This document shows, one piece after another, positions 1 through 10,115 of a stretch of DNA of 64,000 bases; positions within the stretch are counted from its first letter, which is position 1; every line of letters begins with the position of its first letter. The notes under the pieces were generated by a model. It worked only from the letters and a program-made list of their open reading frames with translations. It did not search any database and was not told the origin of the DNA. The stretch covers positions 3,616,001-3,680,000 of the forward strand of contig OZ245011.1 in the NCBI GenBank assembly GCA_965223665.1. The letters run 5' to 3'. The translations under genes were made by a program, and so were the position numbers. This DNA comes from Nitrospinaceae bacterium. GTDB lineage: Bacteria > Nitrospinota > Nitrospinia > Nitrospinales > Nitrospinaceae.

Positions 1-610
1 CAAACATGAGAACCTTTTTTAAAACCTTGATTTCATCACCAAATCTACTTTGCATATCTAAAGCTGCGGCTAAATTGGCATAAGCAGTAGTGTCGGTCGG
101 GTTTATATCAACGGTTTTTTGGAATTCAATTGTGGCGCCTTCAAAATAATCCTGCAGCATATAAACACCACCCAAATTAAAATGAATTTCGGCGTCATCC
201 GGAGAAAGTTCAGCAGCACGATTCAATTCTCGTACGGCTTCATCCTCTTGATCACTTAAGGCGTATGCTGTTCCTAATACTTTTAAAGCTTTTGCATTTT
301 TGGGGTCCTTATTACTTACTTGCTTTACGACTTTGATAGCTTCATCATAGTTCCCGCCATCAATATACAAAGTCCCCAACTCTACTAACAAATCTGCATT
401 TTCCGGGTCATCGCGCAACTCTTTTTTTACTTGTCGAGTTTTTTTCATAATGGCCGTTTCAAGTTTAATTTGCTCAGGGTCCCGAACCCCCAACTCTTCA
501 AAAATCTCGGGATCAATTTTCATTGTTATGTAATCAGATTCTTTTTTACTGTCTTGACGTTGGCGATATCCCTCTACGTCAAAATCTTCATTAACATCTA
601 TATCAGCCAT
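1..610 (-). CDS. TPR-repeat protein, 3' end truncated by the window edge
   Basis: Manual translation MADIDVNEDF...DPENADLLVELGTLYIDGGNYDEAI...PDDAEIHFNLGGVY...; open to position 1; GGAGAGG RBS upstream; missing from the ORF track. Confidence 0.85.
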   Translation of the reverse strand, partial: MADIDVNEDFDVEGYRQRQDSKKESDYITMKIDPEIFEELGVRDPEQIKLETAIMKKTRQVKKELRDDPENADLLVELGTLYIDGGNYDEAIKVVKQVSNKDPKNAKALKVLGTAYALSDQEDEAVRELNRAAELSPDDAEIHFNLGGVYMLQDYFEGATIEFQKTVDINPTDTTAYANLAAALDMQSRFGDEIKVLKKVLMF

Positions 611-735
611 TAACTTACCTCTCCAAACAAGTGGGTTTTCGTTACCCGATAATATACCAAAAAGCTTTGCTCTTTTTTATTTATGTAGATTGTAGGCAAA
701 TGTCTTATGGTCTGTCAAACGCAAAAATCACAAGG

Positions 736-2547
736 TTAAGTTTGTAAGGTAGGAGACCGAGTCTGGTCCTCAACCATGTTTTGAATTCCTTCTCGTCCGA
801 AATGGTCTAAATACAACAAAAAGTGTTCGCGAGACAAGTAATTCCATATTTTTCTGGATGGAAAGTTTTCATTTAGAATGTTATCGAATTCCTGATAAAC
901 ATCCATAACTTCTTCTTTAGGCATTCCTTCTCGGATTTCGTAATCAAACATGATGGCCATATCACGGTCAGGATCCTGAATAATTCGATCAATAGAAAAC
1001 TTTTCGGGATTATGATAAATAGCAGAGTCTTTTTCTAAAGTAAAAATAGATTGACCCACCGAGTGTATTATTCCAGACCCTAATTCACCGTTTCGAGATG
1101 TAAACTGAATGGTATCCTCTGCTTCTTCTCGTTTTTCAGTAGGGAATCCAAAAAACAGGTAAAGGTGATTCCAAATACCGGCTTTTGAGCTATTTTGTAA
1201 TACAATTTGTTCCGTTTTTTGATCACATCCTTTTTCAATTATAGAAAGAATTCGATCATTGGCACTTTCCAAACCAAAGAAAAGCATTATGAATCCTGCC
1301 TCATAAACTTCTCGAAATAGATCTACAGATTCAACGGTATCCGCTTCAAATTTGAGCATCCCTAAAGCGCGCATATCTAATTTTATTTTCGATATTGCCC
1401 TGGACATTCGCTTGAAAGCGTTAGGGGAAATGGCTTCATCGGAAAAAGTAAAATATCTTGTTTTATAACGTTTGCTTAGAAAATCAAGATCTTCCGCAAC
1501 ACGTTCTTCATTTTCTTTTCTATAAAAAGAATCGTAAATATGACTGTGTGTACAAAATGTGCATTTTCCCCAATAACAACCCCGGCTGGCCATGTAAGGT
1601 AAAACTGGGTAGGGCATAAGGTATTTTTCTAACGGCAACTGATCAAAAGTTGGGCGGGTCAATTGCTCATACGGAAGGGATTCTGCACGTGGATTTTGAA
1701 TCACCTTTCCATTTTCCAGGTAAATCAGGTTGGGAACTTCACTTAAACTCCCTCCTGCTTTTAGTTGTTCTACTAAACGAAGTAAGGGTAGCTCTCCTTC
1801 AAAAAGGATAATGCTATGGAAAAACTTTTCAAACAAGGCCCCTTTGGTTTCAATTATATTGAGGTGACGAGTAAATACACTACCACCGATTACTAAGTGC
1901 AAGCCGGGATACTTTTCCCTTAACAGGCGGGCCAAGGTCAGCCCAGGGATCACTTGTCCGACATGGATAATAGAAATTCCCACTAATCCATATTTTCCCC
2001 AATCAGTATGGTTCGATAATTGATTTTGGAAAAGATCTAAATAAGGATTTGTTTCCGGGTTTATGGTTTCAGCCAAAATTCCCTCTAGATTTTCCTCCGG
2101 ATTTCCTCGCATAAAAAAAGATTCCAGATCAATTCGGCTGGGGTAAAAAGCATAAGAAATGAGCTGCATTGCAACTTTTAGTGTTGTATATGCCTGCTTG
2201 TAAACTGGGAATTGAAAAAAGAGTTCCTCGTTTCTTAAAACTTCCTTGGACTCATCGACTGAAGATAAAATTGAATCTAAATACTCGGTGTCATTTAAAA
2301 TTTCTCTATATGTGGATTTTAATTGACTTGCTTCCTGGGTATAAGCAGGTTTTTGCAAACGATTCTGAATTATTTTTAAACATTGTTCCAGGTAAGGGCG
2401 TGACAAGAAAATGTTATAACTTTCAATATTTAAGTCGAATTGATCCACAGAATGACCCTTTTCTTCCAAAAATGCGGTCAATGTTGGTAAAGCCAAATAA
2501 GGTTGGCTTGGAAACCACTGTGGGGGAAAAACTAAGGCCGTTTTCAT
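736..2547 (-). CDS. B12-binding-domain radical SAM protein
   Basis: CYWGKCTFC (CxxxCxxC) after SRG; N-terminal LVFPPQW..PYLALP cobalamin-binding-type domain; start placed at MKTALV. Confidence 0.85.
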   Translation of the reverse strand: MKTALVFPPQWFPSQPYLALPTLTAFLEEKGHSVDQFDLNIESYNIFLSRPYLEQCLKIIQNRLQKPAYTQEASQLKSTYREILNDTEYLDSILSSVDESKEVLRNEELFFQFPVYKQAYTTLKVAMQLISYAFYPSRIDLESFFMRGNPEENLEGILAETINPETNPYLDLFQNQLSNHTDWGKYGLVGISIIHVGQVIPGLTLARLLREKYPGLHLVIGGSVFTRHLNIIETKGALFEKFFHSIILFEGELPLLRLVEQLKAGGSLSEVPNLIYLENGKVIQNPRAESLPYEQLTRPTFDQLPLEKYLMPYPVLPYMASRGCYWGKCTFCTHSHIYDSFYRKENEERVAEDLDFLSKRYKTRYFTFSDEAISPNAFKRMSRAISKIKLDMRALGMLKFEADTVESVDLFREVYEAGFIMLFFGLESANDRILSIIEKGCDQKTEQIVLQNSSKAGIWNHLYLFFGFPTEKREEAEDTIQFTSRNGELGSGIIHSVGQSIFTLEKDSAIYHNPEKFSIDRIIQDPDRDMAIMFDYEIREGMPKEEVMDVYQEFDNILNENFPSRKIWNYLSREHFLLYLDHFGREGIQNMVEDQTRSPTLQT

Positions 2548-2740
2548 AAACCAATTAACCAAATGATAAATAGTTCTTTTTAGGAAAATTCTTAAAACAC
2601 ATCATAGAATTACTGATTTGGCATGTCAATGTGTGGCATGTTTTATTTTATAGATTGATAATTGCTAAACATTTGATCCATTTAAGAAAGGAGATATAGA
2701 TAAAAAGAATCATCTCTTTATTTCTAAGGGCCTAATGCTC

Positions 2741-2770
2741 TTGACACCTTATTAGGGAAACTTATATAAT
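2741..2770 (+). promoter_or_regulatory. sigma-70 promoter
   Basis: TTGACA-N18-TATAAT about 110 nt upstream of the 2878 ORF. Confidence 0.7.
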
Positions 2771-2877
2771 GCCCGTAAAATCCCAGGAAAAGTTCATAAC
2801 TCCTTACTTCTTAAAGGGTTAAAGAACCGTTTTTTGAGAATTATTTGTGTGTTTGATTAATATAAGGAGAAAATGCC

Positions 2878-3504
2878 TTGAGTGAGCAAGAAACTAAGTC
2901 CAATCCCGAAGAAGAAACACAAATTCCGGAAGAAGGGAAAGGCCCTGAAGAGGATTCTCAAAGATCCGAAGACCCTCTGGGAGACCTTTCTGACCTGGAA
3001 AAAATAAAAAAAGAGCTAGAAGCCGAAAAAGCGAAAGCAGCTAAGGAACTTGAGGAAGGTGAGGAGGAAGAAGAGGATTTACGTGAAGTAGACTTTTTAC
3101 AAAAACTCATCAATTTAGCTGTACAATTTGATCACCATGTAGGGGTTTATTTAATGGCGGGTTATATTGATTGTGGATTAAAATATGACCATAAATTGGC
3201 CGACAGTTATTTAAAGCATCTAGCATCAATTCAGGGTTTTTTAAGGCTCTTGGAAAAAGTAGATGGTGTAACTCGTGAAGCTGTGACAAAAGATTGTATT
3301 ATTCGTCTCAGAAATGTGGTTCAAGAAATCCATAAAAATTTAGTAAAACCGCTTTATAAAGAAGTGGGTCTGATGAAGAAGAAGCCTAAGATGGATAACT
3401 TGGAAGATTTTAAGCGTGAATGGAATGGGCGTTTGGAAGATTTACAAAATGCATGTGACTTTGAATATCAAGTTTTGGATGTAAAGAAGTTTTGGGTTAA
3501 TTAG
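2878..3504 (+). CDS. hypothetical protein, acidic N-terminus and helical C-terminus
   Basis: 208-aa ORF, AAGGAG RBS, TTG start. Confidence 0.75.
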   Translation: MSEQETKSNPEEETQIPEEGKGPEEDSQRSEDPLGDLSDLEKIKKELEAEKAKAAKELEEGEEEEEDLREVDFLQKLINLAVQFDHHVGVYLMAGYIDCGLKYDHKLADSYLKHLASIQGFLRLLEKVDGVTREAVTKDCIIRLRNVVQEIHKNLVKPLYKEVGLMKKKPKMDNLEDFKREWNGRLEDLQNACDFEYQVLDVKKFWVN

Positions 3505-3557
3505 TCAGATTAAATAAATTGGTCCTCAATAAATTAATAGGGATTTTTTGAATAAAA

Positions 3558-3598
3558 CCACCCAGGCCGGCGTGCTTTTGGGTGGATTTTGTTTTTTT
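3558..3598 (+). terminator. probable intrinsic terminator
   Basis: CCACCCA...TGGGTGG stem followed by a T-rich tail. Confidence 0.55.
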
Positions 3599-3635
3599 AA
3601 GAAGCCTTTTAGAGGGAATTATTCGAGCAGATAAT

Positions 3636-4658
3636 ATGCAAAATGATTTAGAAAATATTGAAAATGAAGTTGATTCAGAAAAAGAGGAATTAACAGAATC
3701 TGCCTTGGAATTAATGAATCAGGAAACTCTTCCTGAGGAGCAGCCAAAATGGAAAGAGGTCGATCATTCAAAACTTTATATATGGGTTGCGGACTCTGGA
3801 AACGATAGAATCCAAAAGTTCGATGGAAACGGAAAATTTCTTTTTGAATTTGGTCGATCTGCAGGAACGCGTCCTCCTTATGAACCTAGTCATTTTAAAG
3901 GTCCCTTTGGCATAGCAGTAGACCAGGAAGGGAATGTCTGGGTAGCTGATACAGGGTGCCATCGTATCCAAAAGTTTGATTCTGAAGGAGACTTTATTTT
4001 AGAGTTTGGCACTGAGGGTTATGGTCAAGACAAATTTTATTGGCCCGAATCTATAATTGCTGAGCCGGGAGGTACCATTTTAGTAGCGGATACTCACAAC
4101 CACTGTTTAAAAAGATTTGATGAAGACGGTGAATTTTTACTTGGGTTTGGTTTTGCGGGAGACTTCGATGGGTTTTGTAAATTTCCCACAGGGGTTGCGG
4201 TGGATGGAGAGGGTAATATTTATGTTGCGGATAGAGATAACCAGCGGATACAAATTTTTAATGAAGATGGTCAGTTTCTATCGAAGTTTGGAGAATATGG
4301 CTTTGAAGAAGGGCGGTTTAATTTTCCCTGTGACATAACCGTGCGAGGGGACGGTACTTTACTGGTATCTGAAAAAAGTCAAAATAGAGTTCAGATTTTT
4401 GATCGAGACGGGAATTATTTGGGATATTTTGGGGAATATGGAAAAAGAGACGGACAATTCAATTGCCCTATGGCGATTGAAGAAGATCCTTATGGTTTCG
4501 TTTTTGTTGTAGACACTTTAAACCACAGGATCCAAAAGTTTGACCCTGAATTAAACTTTATGTCCAAATGGGGTTCTGTGGGCGGAGAGGAAAAACAATT
4601 TAAAAACCCTTCGGGACTTTGCCTGTCTTGGGAGCCTGATTGGGCGCCGACAGATTAA
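3636..4658 (+). CDS. NHL-repeat six-bladed beta-propeller protein
   Basis: Repeated P.GIAVD..GN.YVAD..N.RIQKFD..G.F motifs; start moved to ATG 3636 because the track start lies inside the terminator. Confidence 0.9.
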   Translation: MQNDLENIENEVDSEKEELTESALELMNQETLPEEQPKWKEVDHSKLYIWVADSGNDRIQKFDGNGKFLFEFGRSAGTRPPYEPSHFKGPFGIAVDQEGNVWVADTGCHRIQKFDSEGDFILEFGTEGYGQDKFYWPESIIAEPGGTILVADTHNHCLKRFDEDGEFLLGFGFAGDFDGFCKFPTGVAVDGEGNIYVADRDNQRIQIFNEDGQFLSKFGEYGFEEGRFNFPCDITVRGDGTLLVSEKSQNRVQIFDRDGNYLGYFGEYGKRDGQFNCPMAIEEDPYGFVFVVDTLNHRIQKFDPELNFMSKWGSVGGEEKQFKNPSGLCLSWEPDWAPTD

Positions 4659-5305
4659 ATTATTTTGGAGGGATTTTGTTTTTAGAACGAAAACTAAGTG
4701 AGTCGAAATATATTGTTGGAACCATTCTAATGGTTCTGGTTGTTTTTTTATCAAGCACTTCTGTTAGAAGCGAAGATAAGGCCATGGAAAAGGACCCTGA
4801 GTTCATGGGGCAGATTCTTACTTTGACCGAACCTAAAGTTGAAGTAGGAGAATCCAAGAATCCGCGGTTTAAGGACAATCAGGATGGGACGGTTTCTGAT
4901 TTGGATATGAAACTTATATGGGTGAAAGACGATTCTTACCAGCGGTTAAAAAAGTGGATTAACTGGGATATGGCTCAGGATTATATAAAAGAGCTTAATG
5001 ATAAAAAATTTGGTGGAGCAAACAACTGGCGTTTGCCTTCCCGTAAAGAACTGGCCAGCTTGTTTGATGAAAGTGTTTCTATTCCCTGGAATTATTATTG
5101 GACAAAGAATGAGGTGCATCTGGATCCCATTTTTGGTAATAGTCATTGTTGTTATTGGACGGGTGAAGAATATAAAAATGAGATGGCCTGGGGATTTAAC
5201 TTTATTCGGGGAAAAGCATATTTGAGTAAAAAAGGTGGGAATCAATTGTCTTTAACTGTGATCAGAGCGGTTAGAGAATTAGAAATGACAAGCCAAAAAC
5301 AGTGA
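4640..5305 (+). CDS. DUF1566 (Lcl C-terminal-like) protein with N-terminal signal/TM segment
   Basis: RFKDNQDGTVSD..LIW...WRLPSRKEL...YWT motif; exact start uncertain. Confidence 0.85.
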   Translation: MGADRLNYFGGILFLERKLSESKYIVGTILMVLVVFLSSTSVRSEDKAMEKDPEFMGQILTLTEPKVEVGESKNPRFKDNQDGTVSDLDMKLIWVKDDSYQRLKKWINWDMAQDYIKELNDKKFGGANNWRLPSRKELASLFDESVSIPWNYYWTKNEVHLDPIFGNSHCCYWTGEEYKNEMAWGFNFIRGKAYLSKKGGNQLSLTVIRAVRELEMTSQKQ

Positions 5306-5327
5306 TTTCATTGTGGTTGACTGATTT

Positions 5328-6143
5328 ATGATTGCAGAGAGCGAAAATAATCCAGAAGAAACTCCTCCTGAGGAGACACCGGAACTCCCGGGAGAAGAAG
5401 AACATTTAAGTAAAAACTTCCAGGAGATGGAAGATGATCCACTTGAAAGAGCGCAAAAAGAAGGTGGGGAAGAAGCGGAGTTTGATCTTTCAGCCCAAAT
5501 TGAAGAATTTCGCAAACAAATAGAAGAGGAACCCGATAACTGTATTCATCATTACAATTTAGGGGAGGCTTTAGAGGAACTTGGTGAGCATGAAGAGGCA
5601 AAGTCTGAATATGAATTAGCCCTCCATTTGGATAAAGAAAAAGAATATCACTCCATCATTCATTATGGATTAGGAAATTTTTATTACGGTACACTCCTTT
5701 CTGGAATTCAATCGGTGGTGGTAAAAAGCTCTGTGGGATTACACTCTTCTCATAAACCTGGGGATAATATTACTGAGGTCAACGATTTAGATTATTCGGT
5801 TCCTATTGAGAATTTGGAAAAAGCTTTAGAGTATCTTCCCTTGCTAAAAGCGGATGATGATATTATTGATTTTATAAACAAGGAAGCTCCGACGCTTTTA
5901 GCAAATATTTATTATAAATGGGCATCGGATTTAATAGATAAGGCTCGGCAAATAGACAAGTATGGCGATGAGATAAAAGATGTAAAGCAAGCGTTACAAC
6001 TTTTAAAGAAATCGATTAATGTTGATCCTAACCATTCACAAGCAAGTATGACAATTAAATATGCAAAAAAAATGTTGGCAGAAGGTTGGAAAGTTTACGA
6101 TGAATATGGTTTTGAGGCTAAGCATATTGAGGGCTTAGAGTAG
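5328..6143 (+). CDS. TPR protein with acidic N-terminus
   Basis: PDNCIHHYNLGEALEELGEHEEAKSEYELAL TPR-like motif. Confidence 0.75.
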   Translation: MIAESENNPEETPPEETPELPGEEEHLSKNFQEMEDDPLERAQKEGGEEAEFDLSAQIEEFRKQIEEEPDNCIHHYNLGEALEELGEHEEAKSEYELALHLDKEKEYHSIIHYGLGNFYYGTLLSGIQSVVVKSSVGLHSSHKPGDNITEVNDLDYSVPIENLEKALEYLPLLKADDDIIDFINKEAPTLLANIYYKWASDLIDKARQIDKYGDEIKDVKQALQLLKKSINVDPNHSQASMTIKYAKKMLAEGWKVYDEYGFEAKHIEGLE

Positions 6144-6168
6144 TTATTCAATTTAGCATTTACATAAT

Positions 6169-6564
6169 ATGGCGGATATAAAAAAATTAATTAAAGATCA
6201 CCTAAGCAAAGATGGGCAGGTTCTCAGTTTAAAGGCAAAGTTTATTCGAGAAGTTGGAGCCAAAGAATTAGCTCAATGTGAGGAATTGTCTAAGTTGAGA
6301 TCCTTGGATTTATCTCAAAACGATATTGGGGATGAAGGTGTTAAGGCTATTGCCGAATCAGAAGTTTTTGAAAATTTAAGAACATTGAATTTAAAGTCGA
6401 ATAAGATAACTGATGAAGGAGCAGAATACTTGGCAAATTCAACAACATTGAGTAATTTAAGAAGTATTCAGCTGGTGGTAAATGACCTAACCGAGGAGGG
6501 AGAACGCGCTCTGATGAACTCCACTCAACTGATTAACCTTACATCATTGAAATTTCAGGTTTAA
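6169..6564 (+). CDS. ribonuclease-inhibitor-like leucine-rich repeat protein
   Basis: LRSLDLSQNDIGDEGVKAIA / LRTLNLKSNKITDEGAEYLA repeats. Confidence 0.85.
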   Translation: MADIKKLIKDHLSKDGQVLSLKAKFIREVGAKELAQCEELSKLRSLDLSQNDIGDEGVKAIAESEVFENLRTLNLKSNKITDEGAEYLANSTTLSNLRSIQLVVNDLTEEGERALMNSTQLINLTSLKFQV

Positions 6565-6873
6565 TGAATTCACCCTTTTTTTGGCTGGCAATCAATAAAG
6601 TACTTAAAATCAAAGGGTTATAGTTCAGATATTAATAAAAATTTAAGTCTTGACTTAGTTTACGGGTTCTGATAATTTTTGCTAAACCTCGTGAAGGATA
6701 ATGCACTTTGGAGTTGTGTCCGAGCTAGGGGCCTTTTTGAAAAATTAAAGATTATTTGCAAGACTCGCTTTTTCATTTGGAAGGCATTATCAATAAATTT
6801 CAAGTCTAGTTGGCTTTTAATTTATAGTTTAAAAAACTTTTCCATCACCTAAAATTTTTGAAAGGGGGAGCAC

Positions 6874-7365
6874 ATGTTAAAGAAAGCTGTTGCTGTTTTA
6901 GCTGCAGGCTTGGTTCTTGTGGTTTTTAGCTCCATGGCTACTGCCAACGAAACCACTTTGAAAGCAGGAGGGACATCAGTTTGTGAGAATGCTTCTTGGA
7001 TCGCTTATAATACCAGCGAATCAGAGAATACTAAGCTGACATTTAATGTTGGTCCACAAGCTTACCACTGGGGTAAAGACACCACCCGAGAAATTCCTCC
7101 CGGAGGATACCAAGCAAATGCTTTAGAAAGAAAAACTACATTTAAAAATCAAGGTCCAGCAGACGTTGTAGTTAACTGTCAACGACAGCGTTTTGACCGC
7201 CATGACTGGAGAATTGATGCTGGTTCCGGTAAAACCTACCAGAGCAATTATCACATGGATCACGTTCAACCTGGTACATACATTGAGCCCGGAATGGGCG
7301 TACCTACTGGTACAGAGCGTGGTATTGGCGCAGTTTCTGGACATCGATCAGAAGCTAATCGTTAG
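6874..7365 (+). CDS. secreted hypothetical protein
   Basis: Sec signal peptide MLKKAVAVLAAGLVLVVFSSMATA; GGGGAG RBS; followed by a terminator. Confidence 0.8.
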   Translation: MLKKAVAVLAAGLVLVVFSSMATANETTLKAGGTSVCENASWIAYNTSESENTKLTFNVGPQAYHWGKDTTREIPPGGYQANALERKTTFKNQGPADVVVNCQRQRFDRHDWRIDAGSGKTYQSNYHMDHVQPGTYIEPGMGVPTGTERGIGAVSGHRSEANR

Positions 7366-7387
7366 TTTGAATTAGATTTTTTTTGTT

Positions 7388-7422
7388 AAAGCCGGAAGGG
7401 TTTCCCTTCCGGCTTTTTTTTT
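7388..7422 (+). terminator. intrinsic terminator
   Basis: GCCGGAAGGG-TTT-CCCTTCCGGC followed by T9. Confidence 0.9.
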
Positions 7423-7481
7423 GAAACTTATCCTTCATGGCTAAATCTAAATTTATAGTCAGTGAAATTTTGGAGGGATGT

Positions 7482-7976
7482 ATGGAAGAACGATATTTAG
7501 ACAACGGGGATGGTACGGTTTCTGATAGCCATTCTAAATTAATGTGGATGAAGAATGATTCTTTTAATGACCTTGGTAAATTCCTTGTTTATAGCCAGGC
7601 AAAGAAGTATGTAGCTAAAAAAAATGAGGAATCATTTGCTGGCTATAATGATTGGCGTTTGCCAGATAAAAAGGAAGCTCATTCCCTGTATTATCTAGAA
7701 AAAGAAAAGTCTATTATCGATAAATACGAATTAGAGTTATTTATTGACCCGGTTTTTACTCCGGGTGGTGGATTCGATACTTGGACAAGCAACACCTTGG
7801 GCAAAATAACGGCTTACGTCTATTCCTTTGGTAGTGGAACTGGAGGCCATAAAGAGGTTGATGATACGCTAAATACCAGTGTAAGACTGGTACGGGGAAC
7901 AATGGACCCAAAGTTTGCGGCAACCTTAACAAAAATCCCCTCTAAAAAAGGAATGATAGTTACCAGTCAAAGGTAA
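7482..7976 (+). CDS. DUF1566 protein
   Basis: RYLDNGDGTVSD..LMW...FAGYNDWRLP; GGAGGG RBS supports ATG 7482 (track start 7437). Confidence 0.85.
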   Translation: MEERYLDNGDGTVSDSHSKLMWMKNDSFNDLGKFLVYSQAKKYVAKKNEESFAGYNDWRLPDKKEAHSLYYLEKEKSIIDKYELELFIDPVFTPGGGFDTWTSNTLGKITAYVYSFGSGTGGHKEVDDTLNTSVRLVRGTMDPKFAATLTKIPSKKGMIVTSQR

Positions 7977-8195
7977 ACTCTTGTAATTGGGGAAATTTAA
8001 AGTATGTCCTGTGACTAAATTAAAGTGTTTGCAATCAATGGGTTTAGTGTTGAAAAAAATTAAGGCGAATGATATTGTAGCCTTAATAAATTTTATAAAA
8101 CTATAGGTTAGACCTTTTTAAATCGGGCCGAACCCGTGGTCAGTTTTGGTTTGGAATTTAACCTGCTCCATGGCTGAGCCCTTTTTGTGTTTATT

Positions 8196-8636
8196 ATGGC
8201 TGATTGGAAAGAAATATTTAAGGATAATGGAAATGGAACAATTTCAGACTCTGATTCTGATTTACAGTGGGCAAAAAAGGACTCCAGGCAGGAATTAGGA
8301 AAGTGGCTCAATTGGGATGAAGCGAACTCCTATAAAGATGTCTGTAATGAACAAAAATATTTAGGATTTGATGATTGGAGGCTTCCTACAAAAAGTGAAA
8401 TTCGTGGGTTGGTAAAATTCAAGGAAGCATACTACGAATTATTTATGAATCTCCCTCCTAAAAAGAAACGGAATGTTTCAGATTACCAGCCAGGAGGAGA
8501 ATGGAGCTTGTGGACTTCTGATACGCGTTATGATTCATATGCTTGGAAATGTTATTTCCCTTCCGGTAAGGAAGTTTGTGTTGATCAACAGGTCTCAACT
8601 ACAGGAACGTCTGTTCGTCTGGTCCGTGATGCTTAG
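8196..8636 (+). CDS. DUF1566 protein
   Basis: FKDNGNGTISD..LQW...GFDDWRLPTKSE...SVRLVR. Confidence 0.85.
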   Translation: MADWKEIFKDNGNGTISDSDSDLQWAKKDSRQELGKWLNWDEANSYKDVCNEQKYLGFDDWRLPTKSEIRGLVKFKEAYYELFMNLPPKKKRNVSDYQPGGEWSLWTSDTRYDSYAWKCYFPSGKEVCVDQQVSTTGTSVRLVRDA

Positions 8637-8682
8637 AGCCGATGACTCAGGATGTCAAAATTTATTAAGGTGAGGAAGAATT

Positions 8683-9318
8683 ATGTCTGATGAAGAAATC
8701 AATGATGAGGCTGAAGAAAAACCTAAACCCAATGGAGAATTGCCGGTAGAGGATTTGCTTGAAGACGAATCTTACGATGTTGATGAATGGATTGGTGATG
8801 ACTGGGATGATATTGAGGAAGAGGAAGAAGAAGAATTTATTCCGGAAGGCCCCAGGTTTGTGGACAACGGCAATGAAACTATTAGCGATTCCACAAATAA
8901 TTTAATGTGGAAAAGGAGTGATTCTTTTTCTCAATTCAAATATGGAATTAATTGGTACGAGGCCAATGATTATATTGAGGAATTGAATGAAAAGAAATTT
9001 GCCGGTTATGATGACTGGCGGTTATGCAGTTTTGAAGAAGCAAAATCATTATTTATGTTTACCATTTCTAATCGAGATAAAGACGGTGCAGAAATTCATA
9101 TTGATCCTCTTTTTGAAGAGGGCGGGGGGCACAATACTTGGACATATGAAGAAAAGCCGGACTATCAACAATATGCAATGCTATTTAGTTATGTGACAGG
9201 AAATGAAAAATGGGAACATAAAGATAACGAGTATTGCCATGTCCGGGCCGTTCGCGAAGAGCAAAAAGAGGAATGGGAACCTGAGTGGAGAACCGAAACG
9301 AAAAAATTTGATAACTAG
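8683..9318 (+). CDS. DUF1566 protein with highly acidic N-terminus
   Basis: RFVDNGNETISD..LMW...FAGYDDWRL...HVRAVR. Confidence 0.85.
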   Translation: MSDEEINDEAEEKPKPNGELPVEDLLEDESYDVDEWIGDDWDDIEEEEEEEFIPEGPRFVDNGNETISDSTNNLMWKRSDSFSQFKYGINWYEANDYIEELNEKKFAGYDDWRLCSFEEAKSLFMFTISNRDKDGAEIHIDPLFEEGGGHNTWTYEEKPDYQQYAMLFSYVTGNEKWEHKDNEYCHVRAVREEQKEEWEPEWRTETKKFDN

Positions 9319-9352
9319 AATTTGTGTCTAAAAATATTTTTAGAGGAATTTA

Positions 9353-9568
9353 ATGGGACACTATATGATTTTCGGGAAAGAAGATTGTCCGCATACAAAA
9401 AAAGCGAGGGATGATTTTAAAAAGAAATGCCGACCATTTGTTTATATTGATGTGGATAAGAATCAGCACGGCCTTAAAAAAATGTTGGAATATTCCAATG
9501 GCGAATATGTGGTCCCGGTGATTGTGGATGTTGATAAAGGTGATGTTGAAATTGGTTACACTGATTAA
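9353..9568 (+). CDS. small glutaredoxin-like protein (CxxT)
   Basis: IFGKEDCPHT...YIDV...VVPVIV..GDVEIG thioredoxin-fold motifs; GAGG RBS. Confidence 0.75.
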   Translation: MGHYMIFGKEDCPHTKKARDDFKKKCRPFVYIDVDKNQHGLKKMLEYSNGEYVVPVIVDVDKGDVEIGYTD

Positions 9569-9586
9569 TTTAAGAGGAAAATTCTG

Positions 9587-10108
9587 ATGACTGAGGAAGA
9601 AAAGAAATCGCAATCGCTGGAGGCAGTTCCAGAAAATCAAGAAGCAGTTGAAAAAAAGGATGAGGGTCCAAAACGATTTGTTGAAAAGGGTCCTTGGGTT
9701 ATTCATGATACAAAAACAGGGTTGTATTGGTTGAAAAAAGATTCTTGGCAAGAAAAGCAAAAGTTTTTTAATTGGCATGAATCTAAAGAATACGCCCAAA
9801 TGAAAAATGTTAGAAAAATTGGTGGATTTAATGACTGGAGAATGCCGAGTACCGATGAGGCTACTACTTTATTTGATGAAAACCTAAAAAATGTTGCTAA
9901 AGGTGGCGATGAAATTCACATTGATCCGGTATTTCCAGAAGGTTCTTTTAAAGTGCAATGGACTATGGCTGATACATCTACCAAAAGGCCCCGCTTTGAT
10001 TTCACCCAGGGAAAAGTAGTGCATGCTGATGAATATGCTTTTGGCTCAGTGCGAATTTGTAGAAAAGATCCTGTAAAAAAAGATGATCGGCGGCAACGAA
10101 GGAGATAA
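9587..10108 (+). CDS. DUF1566 protein
   Basis: DTKTGLYW...GGFNDWRMPS...IHIDPVF...SVRICR. Confidence 0.85.
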   Translation: MTEEEKKSQSLEAVPENQEAVEKKDEGPKRFVEKGPWVIHDTKTGLYWLKKDSWQEKQKFFNWHESKEYAQMKNVRKIGGFNDWRMPSTDEATTLFDENLKNVAKGGDEIHIDPVFPEGSFKVQWTMADTSTKRPRFDFTQGKVVHADEYAFGSVRICRKDPVKKDDRRQRRR

Positions 10109-10115
10109 GGAAGCT

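Noticed and set aside
6608-6620. Recurring intergenic AATCAANNNNTTA motif (also near 8033 and 32260) as a novel repeat
   Set aside because: Matches the IHF consensus and is expected in AT-rich spacers
9350-9799. Antisense and alternate-frame ORFs in the track (e.g. 9350-9799, 2169-2549, 36635-37135, 40737-41135)
   Set aside because: They are shadows of well-supported genes on the opposite strand or in another frame
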